This document shows positions 12,467 to 25,200 of a DNA stretch of 64,000 nt, piece by piece (the first letter of the stretch is position 1; every line of letters begins with the position of its first letter). The DNA is taken from NCBI RefSeq assembly GCF_963921235.1, contig NC_086108.1, forward strand, positions 65,846,001 through 65,910,000. The letters are read 5' to 3'. The notes beneath the pieces are model-generated. The model saw only the letters and a list, made by a program, of their open reading frames with translations. It ran no database searches and had not been told where the DNA came from. The position numbers and the translations under genes are program-made. The stretch comes from Mobula hypostoma (lineage: Eukaryota).

Positions 12467-13241
12467 TTAAAACAGTTTGGGTAGCTGTCGGAGCCTATTT
12501 ACATCCAGAATGTTACCTATTGCATTACTGCTTTCCACCACTTTTTTCCTTTCTGGAGCGTTTGGTACTAATTTTTTAGAAAACTGTTGAATTTCATTTT
12601 CTTTGTCAGAGTGTTCATTGCAACCAATTTCTTCAGTAACCTGCTTAATTTTAGGTTTTGATTTTTTTAGAATTTGATGAGCACCTTGACTCCAGGTATT
12701 CATATTCTGTGGTACTGAGGAAACAACTTCATTAGTAATGTTTCTTAAAATAATTTCTTCCATCTTGGAGTGAGATTCAGAGGCACAGTAGTCTTTAATT
12801 TTCCTTTGGCTTTCAACCACTTTTTCATTTCTTGCTTCTCCAAAGGAAAGACTTGCTGAATCAGTTTTTGTGGCCTGAAAGGTGGTGTCCGGCAATTCTT
12901 CATCATCACTGCTATGGTTATCCTCCACCAGTCCATATCTCTTCATGTATTTGCGTGTGGCAAATGACATATTGCTGGGGGAAATCAAGCTTAGACCTAC
13001 CATGCTTCTGTCCGTGTTTAATTCGGGTAGACCGTTTAGGGATGTGGATTCACCATTATCATTCACCCTGTTGAGAGACATCTGGGACAGCTGAGCATCA
13101 TTCAGGTACTTGAGAGCTATAGCATTGGCCTCCATGCTAAGGTCAACTCCACTGGTTCCAAATCCACTTGTGCCAATGTTGACAAATGACATGTAGTTCA
13201 GCCTTGGAATAACTGCTTCTGGGCTTATGCAAGCCAGTGTG
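12467..13241 (-). CDS. STIL: STIL last coding exon with STAN, KEN box and TIM
   Basis: ttctgaag acceptor; [57 protein letters not shown] at 12596-12604, [16 protein letters not shown]. Confidence 0.97.
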
Positions 13242-16200
13242 CTTCAGAAAAATGAAACAATGTTGTTACTTATCAGGGAAAGGTTATTACTTTTTATTTG
13301 GCAAAATTCTTTGCTACATTGCCCCGTACACTAACAAATATTATTGGCAAATTTGGGCAGAAGTAGTCCTAGGTCATTGTTTAAATATATGAAATGCAGC
13401 ATAGAACCCTTGTAAAATCTGGAACTGCATTTCAGAATAGTACCAAGGCAATAGGCTACAATATCACAAGTTAATTCCATGCAAAAAAAGTCTCAATCCC
13501 TAATAAATATAATCAAAGTCATAAAATTCTTCAAGATCACCATGTAAGCAAAATCTATTTTGCACTAATATAATATTTATTTTCCAGAAAAAAAATCCTT
13601 TGTTTTTAATTATCTAAAGAAAGAAATGGACTAAACCTTTGATATGTAACACTCCCAGAAGATTAGGCTGAATTATGAACAAATATTGAACACACAGGTA
13701 ACCCAAATTAGAAAACTGCCAAATAATCTAAAAATCAAAAAGGTATACATTCCTAAATTACAGGTTACAAAACATTTGCTTACAACCAGGAAAATTTCTA
13801 AGCACCATATTCTTGGATTATTTACTGGAAACTCAATTATTAACAACAGTGGAGTTTGGTGGTGGATGGAGGTGGGGTGGGGGGGGGGCAGGAGATGTAA
13901 TTTCCAATGGTGGAAGAATACTTAATAAACAAGACCATGATGATTTTTGAAAAAACTATTAGTCCCAGGATTTCAATTCTATAACCCTAAACTGAGGCTT
14001 TGTAAGGCATTAGTTTGATCGCACTTAGAGGATTGTGAGCAGCTTTGGGCTCCTTTATCTAAGAAAGAATATGCTGGCATTGCAGGGTCCAGATGTGGCT
14101 CACAAAAATGTTCCCAGGAATGAAAGGGTTACATATGAGGGGCGTTTGATAGTTCGGTGCCTGTACTCACTAGACTTTAGAAGAATGTGGAGGGATCTCA
14201 TTTAAACCTATCGAACCAATATAGAGTGAATGTGAAGAGGATGTTTCCAAGAATGGGGCAGTCTAGGACCAAAGGGCACAGCCTCAGAATACGAGGACAT
14301 CCCTTTAAAACAGAGATGAGGAGGAACTTCTTTAGCCAGAGAGTAGTGAATCTGTTAAATTCATTGGTATATGCGGCTATGGAGTGCAAGTTACTAGGCA
14401 TATTTAAAGCAGAGTCCTAGAGTCAGAACACTACAGCACAGAAACAGGCCCTATGGCTAATCCAGTCCATGCCGAACTATTAATCTGCCTAGTCCCATTG
14501 AACCACACCTAGACCATAACCCTTCATACCTTCTCATCCATGTACTGATCCAAATTTCTCTTAAATGTTGAAATGAACCCACATCCACCTCTTCTGAGTG
14601 AAGAAATTCTCCCTCATGTCCCCCTTAAACATTTCACCTTTCACTCAATCCATGACCTCTTGTTCTAATCTCACTCAACCTCAGTAGAGAAGCCTGCTTT
14701 GCATTTACTCTATCTATACCCCTCATAATTTCGTATACCTCTATCAAATCTCACCTCAGTCTTCCATGTTCCGAGGAATAAAGTCCTTACCTATTCAACC
14801 TTTCCCTACAACTCAGGTTCTCAAGTCCCAGCAACATCCCAGTAAATTTTCTCTGAACTCATTCAATTTTATTGACATGTTTCCTGTAGGTACTGTAGAT
14901 GACCAAAACTGCACACAATATTCCAAATTAGGCCTCACCAATATCTTATACAATTTCAATACAACATCCCATCTCCTGGACTCAGTATTTTGATCGATGA
15001 AGGCCAATGTGCCAAAAGCTTTCTTTACAGTCTTTCCTACCTGTGATGCCACTCTCAAGGAATTGTCAATATTCCCCAGATCCCTCTGTTCTATTGCACT
15101 CTTCAGTGCCCTATCGCTCACTGTGCAAGTCCTACCTCTGGTCTGTCCTCCCGAAGTGCAACACCTCACATTTGTCTGCCATTTTTCAGCCAGTTTAAAG
15201 ATTCTGCTGCAAACTTTGATGGTCTTCCTCTGACCACTAAGCCTCCAGTCTTGGTGTCATTCGCAAATTTGCTGATCCGGTTCACCATATTATCACTCAG
15301 ATCATTGACAGAGATGACAAACAACAACAAACCCAGAACCAATCCCTGCAACACACCACTAGCCACAGACCTCTGGTCAGAGAGCCAACCATCTACTACC
15401 ACTCTCTGGCTTCTTCCATAAAGCCAATGAATAATCCACTTTACTATCCCATCTTGAATGCCCAGTCACTGAACCTTCTTGACCAACCTCGCATGTGGGT
15501 CTTTGTCAAAGACCTCGCTAAAGTCCATGTAGACAACCGCCTTGCCTTGGTCAACTTTCCTTGTAACATCCTCAAAAAATACAAGTTGGTTAGACACAAC
15601 CTACCACACATAAAGCCATCGACTATCTCTAATCAGTCCCGATCAATCTAGATATCAGATCCCCAAGAAACTTTCCAATAACGTACTGCTGATGGCAGCT
15701 TCACTGGACAATAAATTTCCTGGCCTATTTTTAAACAATGGAACAACATTAATTATCCTCCAATCCTCTAACACCTCACTGTGCCCAAGAACATTTTATA
15801 TATCTCTGCTAGGATCCCTCCAATTTCTGAACTAGCCTCCCACAGGGTCTGAGGTAATAACTTTTCAGGTCCTGGGGATTTATCCACCCTAATTTGCCTT
15901 AAAACAGCAAACACCTCCTCCTCTGTAATCTGTATACGGACAATGACCTCGCTAAAGGAATTGCCTCACATCTTATGACTGTCTCCTAAGTAAATACAGA
16001 TGCAAAAAAAATCTATTCAAGATCTCCCCCAACTCTTTTAATACTCTCTGATCTTTAAGAACACTAATTTTGTCCCTTGCTATTCCTCTATAAGTCCTTG
16101 GGGCTCGCCTTCACTTTGTCTGTTAGAGCAACCCCATGTCCCATGCCTTCTTTTAGCCCTCCTGATTTCCATCTTGAACGTTCTCTTGCATTTCTTATAT

Positions 16201-19200
16201 TCCTCACATATTTCATTTGCTCCTTCCTGCCTATACCTGCTAGACACTGCCTCATTTTTTTTTTAAACTAGGGCCTTGATCTCTCTCAAAAACCAAGGTT
16301 CACTAAACCTGTTATCCTTGCCTTTCATTCTGACAGGAACATACAAACTCTGTACTCTCAATATTTTACTTCTGAAGGCCTCCCGCTTACCAAGTACACC
16401 TTTGCCAGAAACCAACATGTTCCAATCCACACTTGCCATATCCTTTCCGATACCATCAAGATTGGGTTTATTCAATTTAGAATCTCAACCCAAGGATCAG
16501 ACCTAATCCTTTTCCATAATTATAAGACCATAAGATATAGGAGCAGATAAGGCCATTTTGCCCAACGAGTCTGCTCTGCCATTTTAGCACAGCTAAAATA
16601 TTCCATCTCAGCCCTGATCTCCTGCCTTCTCCCCGTATCCCTTCATGCCTTATTTTGTTGAAGCTCAACCTTTCTTCAGTTTTTCATGGTTCAACTCTGG
16701 AACATTGTTGAGTACTTATCAGACATGTAAGAAATAACACAACCTGACCACCACATTCAGCTTGACTGAAATTCTGCTTTGACCTTGTAATGATTACTTC
16801 CTCAACCACAGCAATATGACTTCTGCAGCAACTAACATTAAACTAATAACATCTCTCAGTGCCACAACTACCAGTAGGACATGCAGCAGTATTATGGTAA
16901 TACAGCCAAAAAGCATCTCTTGAACTGAACACAATTCTCCTTTATCATCGTACTCTAAACTGTGGAATCACTCAGCCTACACTGCCCAGTTCATCAAGGC
17001 ATCATTCATCTGCTATCTACTCAATACACTGAGATATATGATAAATGCAGATCCACTGCAACTCTGATGTCAGAAAGAAAATTAAGATTATCAATATATT
17101 TTTAAAAGATTCTAATGCATTACTTATAGACAAGTTGGGGTTAAGAGATTTATCTGCAAATCTGTTGTTTTTTTCTATCAGTCTCAGGGTGAAAAGTGGC
17201 TTATAAAGGGAATTTCAGTAGACAATTATAATCAATAAGTATTGGTGCTATTGAATATACCCTTAATTGACAAACATGCAGCATTCTACCTTGGAAGGAT
17301 GGCATTATTTACAAAAAATGACTTATTTTAAGACCTTTAGGTTCAGATACAGATTTCTTCATTATCACAATTAATTTCCAATACCTTGCATTTTCAACTT
17401 TGCTTTTGGTCTTGACAACATTGGAAGATTCAGGATTGATTTTCACTCCCATCTTCTTCAGCTGCTTCAAGGTAGCATTCAGGACGTTATTTTCACCTGC
17501 CTGACTGTTTTGGAGGTGCTTCTTCCTTCTGTCAGTATTCTGTGGAGGGGACACTAATCTGGCATCTTTGTTTTTTGTTTCCTGACTTTCCTTTGAATTA
17601 CAGGATTCTATGAGTTGGTTGACCTGGCCCTTTTAGAAAAAGTAAGCAATTGTTTAAATAACTATTCATTGTCTTTTAAATTGTTACAAACTGCATACAC
17701 ATCTTAGTGGTAATTTCAACATATTGCTTTATATCTGTGTATTATGATATACCTTTGAATAATTCTAACCCAAATATATGCAGCTCCAATGACATTCCGT
17801 TAGACCTTGTGCAAGTTAAAGCAGCCTGCTTAACTAATATCCCACCTCCCACCTGAGCACTATTTACAAAATACACTCCAATAAGTAAAAGATTCTACAA
17901 CAGCATCTTTCAGATCTTCAGCTTCCATCACAACTCAAGAGCAGCAGATACAGAACATAAAAACATTACTTCCACCAAGTCACATACTTTCGATATTTGG
18001 AATTGCATTCTTTATTATGTAGCTTCATCATTGCTGGGTACAAGTCCTTACTGAACAATAGTGGCAAGCCTTCAGCCAGAAGAGTTCAACAGTCATGAAC
18101 ACAATCAATCTAACAACTTCTGAGTGCAGAGAATGCCAAGAGAGGACTTGCCAAGTGTCAAAAAAACATCTACATCATTCAGGATTTTATGAGTGAATAA
18201 GCTGCAAGGTGATTGGTGAAAGAACCAAAGGTAGTATGAGAGAAATCTTCTCTGACAGTGCAACAAATGATAATAGTTTTTAAATTCCTTGCCCGATAAG
18301 TCAGTTAAAATAATAAATAGTAAATCTTCAAAGGGTATTTGTCCCATTTTTGGAAGGAAGTGCTGTCAGGGTAATGGGAGAAACCAACAGAACTTAACTG
18401 AACTGTTCAAAACAATGAACACAACACGATGAGCTAATCTCTGTATCAAACCAGAAAATAACTGAAAATAAGCATGGACTTAATTAGCTTCATAGTTGGT
18501 TACCCGTTAAAGACATATTTTCTTGGCTGGCTCATTCAAAGTACTTAATAGAGTACTAGTCACCTGGGTGCACGGCAGTTACAAGCAAGCTAAATTTTAG
18601 CAAGATTAACACTTCAAAAATATAAAACAGAGAAATATCCATACATTCCTTTAAGAAGAAATGCAGCTAGTAAAATCTAACTGAACACTCACCATTAAAT
18701 TCTGGTAAAATTTCTGCTCAGTTAGCAGTTCTGTGGTATGTTCCTCAATTTCTTTTTTAGCAATGTTACACGATACATCAGGTTGATTAGTTTTCAAATG
18801 CATACTTGCACTCTCCCCAAGCACTGGGCTCTGAAATCTCATACGATGATCCCAGCAATTTTTTGTACTGTCAGTTGAACAGCTGAAAAGTCAACAAATG
18901 AAAGTCTTCAGACATCATACAAGTTTAGTCACATGCAATCTAGCAATTAGCAAGATGATCTCCAAAATGTAGTAAAAGTATTAATACAAATAATATGGAT
19001 GAGTTCAAAATAAAATCATAAATGGAAACTGTAAACATCAATTGGAAACTGTAGCCATCATAAAACTGACAGGCTAGAGATCAGAGGCAAATATGAAAAA
19101 GTCTTATTGTAAAAATATTTTTACAGTATACAAAATCTACCATAGACCACGTTGAAATTTCAATTAAAAATTCATAGTCATTTTGCAATGTCCCAAAGTT

Positions 19201-22200
19201 AGTGCAACTGAATTTCTGCATACCTCTTGTCTGCTAGTGCACCCCATACTGAAGTTCAAATAACCACAAGTTTTGGGCAGTCATAATGATGATATTACTA
19301 TTCAGTTTTCGCAAAAAATGTGTAAACCAACAGGGTTGTTTGTGGAAAGATTATCAGAATAGTACAGTACTGTGCAAAAGTCTTAAAGAGATCTACACCT
19401 CCTTCTTGTTTTAATGGTTTTTCTACTTTGTCATTTATTACACTATTTTCATTCCTGACTACACATTTTTGAACTGGTTGAAATTATGCCTAATTAATCA
19501 CACACAACAGCAAATTCAGAATGTAAGCAACAAAAAATTGATGCATGTTATGGAAATGTTTAAAATTAAACTCCTCTCAGGCTTCCAGCCAGGTACAGGT
19601 ATCAATTTTTACCGATGTTTTGATGACAAACTCTGCCATCTTTATCATGAACATGGCAGTTTATCATCAACAAGTTAGTTAAAATCAATACCCGTACCCA
19701 GTTGGAAGCTAGGGAAGAGTTTATTTGTCATATACACTGGGAAAGCAATAGATCCTTTTCCATGTTTAAAATGGTTTACTTTCCTAGTTCCCAACAAAAG
19801 CACTGATAGAAATTTACAGCAGAGACAAACTAGAAAAAAAAAATTCACTATACTTTCCCAAAAACTATACACATTGCTTTTCTTCGAAAAAATACTTCAG
19901 GTTAACCTTTGGTAAATCTGTATAACTAGGAGTGAGATCAAATATGATTTTTCATTTAAAATTTTAATGACACTCAGCCTGTATCCATGTTTAATTATTA
20001 ACTTACAGAAATATGAATTATTAATTATAGAACTACAAATTACTATGTTATTAAGACTTTATTATAATCTTACTTCTGAGCATCAGTAGCTTGATCAGAA
20101 GTATTTATTGCAACCTGACTGTCCTCCACAAAGCTGTGAATATCCACTCCATTCAGCGAAGAGGCAATGCTGGCGTGGCTGGTATCCTTGGTTGTAATAG
20201 AGGCAGTCATTTCTTCATTGCATGATTCAGAGTCATTCAGCTTAAGGCTGGAGAGTGATTGGTTCTCATCTTGCTTCTCAGGTGGACTCCAGAACAAACT
20301 GGCACCTAGTATTGAATTTGCAATAAATTCAATACAATACAAAGAAACAGCAATGTAGTGAAACAAACAATCAGCTGGAGGAATTCAGCATTTGTGGTGA
20401 GGGTGAGAAATGCAGAGGAACTACTGACATTTTGGGTCACAACACTAATTCCAAGGTATGTCAGTGTTAATACAGTTCCACTTTCATGAGGTATGTAACT
20501 GGTACCACAGCACCATTAAACCTCAAGTGAACGACCAGGACAAGCAGGTTTATGAGAGGACATCTCAAAGCTTCAGTGTGACATTAACTAATGTCACACA
20601 CTCTCAGAATGACAAGAGTTAAGTTGATGCTCTCAAAGCCAAAATACATGAAAGGGCACATAATGGAAACCCCATTATAGTAAGTTAAATCATTAAGTCT
20701 GGTTTTTAAAGGAATGCAGTTTGTTAAAGGACATGGAATATGCAAGGGTCCTCAACTCCAGACATTAACTGAAAGTTGTATGCAAAGAACTGGAATTACT
20801 TGTCATAGGAAGATAAGATGGAAAATTGAGGATGAGGAAGGGGGTCTTTTAACATTAAGAAACTTTACTCATACTTTGTGTACAAAATATTTAGTTATAC
20901 TGAGATCGTTAATAATTTGCTCGTACTTTTTTGTTCATAAAGTAACAGCTAAGTTTCAATAAAGGTTCATTTTTATCTAAAATTGTAAAATACCAAACTA
21001 ACATTATTGAATCTTATCCTTATTGAAATTAGCTGTGATACATACAGCCATTAAACAGAAAGCGCATTCAGAAATCAGAAGTGCAAAGGGATTTGGGAGT
21101 ACTCATGCAGGATGTTCTGAAGGGTAACTTGCAGCTTGAGTCGGTGGTGAGGAGGGCAAATGCAATGTTAGCATTCATTGTAAGAATATAAAAATAAGGA
21201 TGGTGCAGAGAATGAAAGGGTTAACGTAACAAGAGCATTTGATGGCTCTGGGCCTGTACTCACTGGAATTTAGAAGAATGGGGTGGGGGGGGGAATTCAT
21301 TAAAACCTATTAAATATTGAAAGAGTGGATGTGGAGAGGATGTTTCCTATAGTGGGGAAGTCTAGGACCAGAGAGCACAGGCTCAGAATAGAAGCATGTC
21401 TCTATAGAACAGAGATGAGGAGGAATTTTTTTAGCCAGGTGGTGGGAAATCTGTGGAATTCATTGATACAGATGGCTAAGATGGACAAGTCATTGGCTAT
21501 ATTTAAAGTGGAGGATGATAGGGATAATAAATCAGCCTAAATGGAATGGTGGAGACGACTCGATGAATCAAATGGCCTAATACTGATTCGTGCACCATGG
21601 TCTATTACTTCCTTTTCAAACCTGTTACGCTCCATGTTATGTCTCAGTAAATGCCTAGATAGACATCCTGGCCTATCAACTTGTTCATCATGACCCTTAC
21701 TTTTGATAAAACTTCCTAAACCTCGTTTCCGTCATCTGCAAATCTGAAACTTTAGTATGAAAGCACCTAGAACCATATGCATTCTAGTGAAGCAATCTGG
21801 AAACAGCATTTACTGGAACACTGCATTTATGTACTTTTATTACAACAGGAGAGAGAAAATGCGTGCCAAAAGGGCAATGTTACAATAGTCATGAGGGATT
21901 TCAATACACAGGTAGATTGGGAGTATCAGGTTGATGCTGGATCCCAAGAGTGCAAATTTCTAGAATGCCTACAGATGGCTTTTTAGAACAGCTTGTGATT
22001 GAGCTCACTATGAGATCAGCTATTCTGGATTGGGTATTGTGTGATGAACCGGAATTAATTAAAGAGCTTAATGTAAAAGAACCCTTAGGGACAAGTGGTC
22101 ATAATATGATTAAATTCACCCTGAAATTTGAGGAAGAGAAGCTAAAGTCAGATGTATCGGTATACAGTGGAGTAAAGGGAATTATAGAGGCATGAAAGGA

Positions 22201-25200
22201 GTTGACCAGAACTGATTGGAAAAGAACACAGGCAAGGATGATGGTAGAACAGCAACGACTGGAATTTCTAAAAGCAATTCAGACTAATGGATATATGCAT
22301 CCCAAAGAGGAAGTAGTATTCTAAGGGCAAAATTACACAACTGTGGCTAACAAGAGAAGTCAAACCCAACAAATAACCCAAAGAGAGGGCATATAATAGG
22401 GCAAAAATTAGTGGAAAGTTCAAAGATTGGGAAGCTTTTAAAAATCAACAGAAGACAACTAAAAAAGAGTCAATGATAAAGATGGAATACAAAAGATGAT
22501 ATCAAAAGTTTCTTCAGAGACATAAGGTGCAAAAGCGAGGCAAGAGTAGATATTGGACCGTTGGAAAACGATGCTGGAGAGGTAGTAATGGGGGACAAGA
22601 ATGAACTGAATAAGTATTTTGCATCAGCCTTCACTTTAGAGGACACTAGTGGTATGGAGGAAGTTCTAGAGTTTTAAGGGTCAGAAGTGCGTGAAGTTAC
22701 CATTCATATGGGAACTGGAAGGTCTGAAGGTAGATTAAGTCACCTGGACCCACAACTTCAGGGTTCTGAAAGAGGTGGCTGAAGACACTGTGGAGGCATT
22801 AGGAATGATCTTTCATGAATCACTAGATTCTGGAATAGTTCTGGAAGACTGGAAAATTGCAAATCTGACAAATTAGTTGGAATTCTTTGAAGAAATAACA
22901 AGCTGGATAGACAAAGGAGAATCAGTTGATGTCGTGTACTTGGACTTTCAGAAGGTCTTTGACAAGGTGCCACACATGAGGGTTGAGAGTTGAGAGCCCA
23001 TGGTATTACAGGAAAGATACTAGCATGGATAAAGCAGTGGTTGATAGGAAAGAGGCAAACAGTGGGAATAAAGGGAGCCTTTTCTGGTTGGCTGTCAGTG
23101 ACTCGTGGTGTTCCACAGGAGTCTGTGTTGGGACCAATTCTTTTTATGTTGTATGTCAATGATCTGGATGACAGAATTGATAGCTTTGCTGCAAGGTTGT
23201 GGACAAAGCAAAGATAGGTGGAGGGGCAGGTAGTTTTGAAGGAGCAGAGAGGCTACAGAAGGATGTAGAGAAATTAGGAAAATGAACAAAGAAGTGGCAG
23301 ATGGAATACCATGACAGGAAGTGTATGGTCTTGCACTTTGGTAGAAGAAATAAAAAGGGAAGACTATTTTCTAAATAGAGAGAAAATTCAAAAATTTGAG
23401 GCGCAAAGGGACTTGAGAGTCCTTGCACAGGATCCCTAAAGGTTAACTTACAGGTTGAGTCTGTGGTGAGGAAGGCATATGCGCTGTTAGTATTCATTTC
23501 AAGAGGACAAGAATATAAAAGCAAGGACGTAATGTTGAGGCTTTATAAAAAACTGATGAAGCCTCACTTGTAGTATTGCGATCAGTTTTGGGCCTCTTAT
23601 CTTAGAAAGGATGTGCCTGTGGCAATGAATTCTACAGATTCACCTCTCACTAGCTAAAGAAATTCTTCCTCATCTCCATTCCCTCTATCCTGAGGCTGTG
23701 TTGTCTGGTCGTCTCTCCCAAGATAGGAAATATCCTCTCCGCATCCACACTGCCAAGGCTTTTCACCATTCGCTGAGGTCACCCCTCATTCTCCTGGATT
23801 CCAGTGAATACAGGGCCATAGCCATCAAAATCTCCTCATAATTTTTGTTAACCTTCTTTAAACCCTCTCCAGAGGCAACGTGAAATATGTATAGGCCAAG
23901 AAAGCAGAGCGAAGTGTAACAAATCACTTTGGGCACACAGCTAGCGTGTGGCAGGGAGAAGCGAATAATCAGGAATGGATTTGGCAATCTGTGTGTAGAC
24001 TCACAAGGGTGAAACTGAAAAAGGATCAGGAAGGGCAATATTCCAGCAGACAATGTAGGATGAACCAGAAGAAAAAATGGACAGAATGAAGGGGCAACTA
24101 ACCAAGGAATACACTGCAGTAATAAAAAGTAGGGCGAAACTGAGAGCAGAGTGATTGGTAGTGCACCTCAAAATATGATAGTGTGGCTACAGCAGGGCGA
24201 AACTCAAGTAAGGAAGGAAACCAATGATTTAGGAGGGGACTGAGTAAAGTGGGTGCAGACCTGGCAGGACAAATTAGAAGTGGTCCTGACAGGATATCAG
24301 AGCACACCAGGCATTGGGGGAAGTAGGAGTGCAAGTGGATCTGAAAAGGGAGCGAGGAGGACTGAGCACAGGTGGACCTGTAAGGGCTAGTTTTTCTGCT
24401 GTAGGAAGTTATGCTATATTTAAAAATGGGATTGATGTAAGATTAGTGTAAAATGGGAGGTGGATGGCTGGTGTGGGCTAGGTATGCTGAAGGACTTGTT
24501 TCTGTATTGTATCATTATAACTTTCTGACAATGCACTTTACTATAGTTCTGTGATCTGAAGAATATCTATCAATATTGACAAATATTTTGTTTAAAAAAA
24601 GGTACATTCAGCAAGCCAAAAAAGTCAGCTTAGACAAAATTTGCAAAGCAAAAGAGAATATTTTCACTTAAAAATCCAAGATCAACTGGTAACTGGTGAA
24701 CACGAACTCCACCGCCGCCCCCCCCCCCCCAGGCCAAAGGTGTCAAATGCTTGGTCCATATCTATGGCTTTCTGAAGTAGTTATCGCCATTACCAGGAAA
24801 ATGTATTAATTTTCAAAGAATTTTGACAGAAGTGTTTTCTCTGAGGGAGATACAGCACAGAAAAAGGCTTTGACTAACCAAGTCCGTGCATTGAACATTA
24901 ACCACACAACTTACTGCATGAATGGACTCTAAATTTTAAATTCCAAAACAAAAAAAGTTCAGAAAAAAAAAGCATAAAAAAAAAATTCTGATGGCATATA
25001 CCAGCAGTCCCAGCCTTCTGCGCACCGCGGACCGGTTTAATATTAACAATATTTTTGTGGACCAACTGACGGGGGTGGGGGGGGGTCAAGTTCAACAGTG
25101 CGTGACAGGGAATGAGGAAAGGTGCAGCTGACTCATATCGTTTCATATCGCCAAATCATATAGTTTCCGTGCGGCCCAATAGCACATGCTATTGGTTGGG

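Noticed and set aside
13855..13890. G-rich runs as G-quadruplex candidates (also near 3100, 24716 and 46283)
   Set aside because: Simple homopolymer expansions, mostly inside repeats, with no evidence of function.
20576..20600. Short perfect hairpins (gtgtgacatt-aact-aatgtcacac; also gttcttcaac-ca-gttgaagaac near 29047)
   Set aside because: A few 10-bp stems are plausible by chance in 64 kb of AT-rich DNA, and there is no supporting context.
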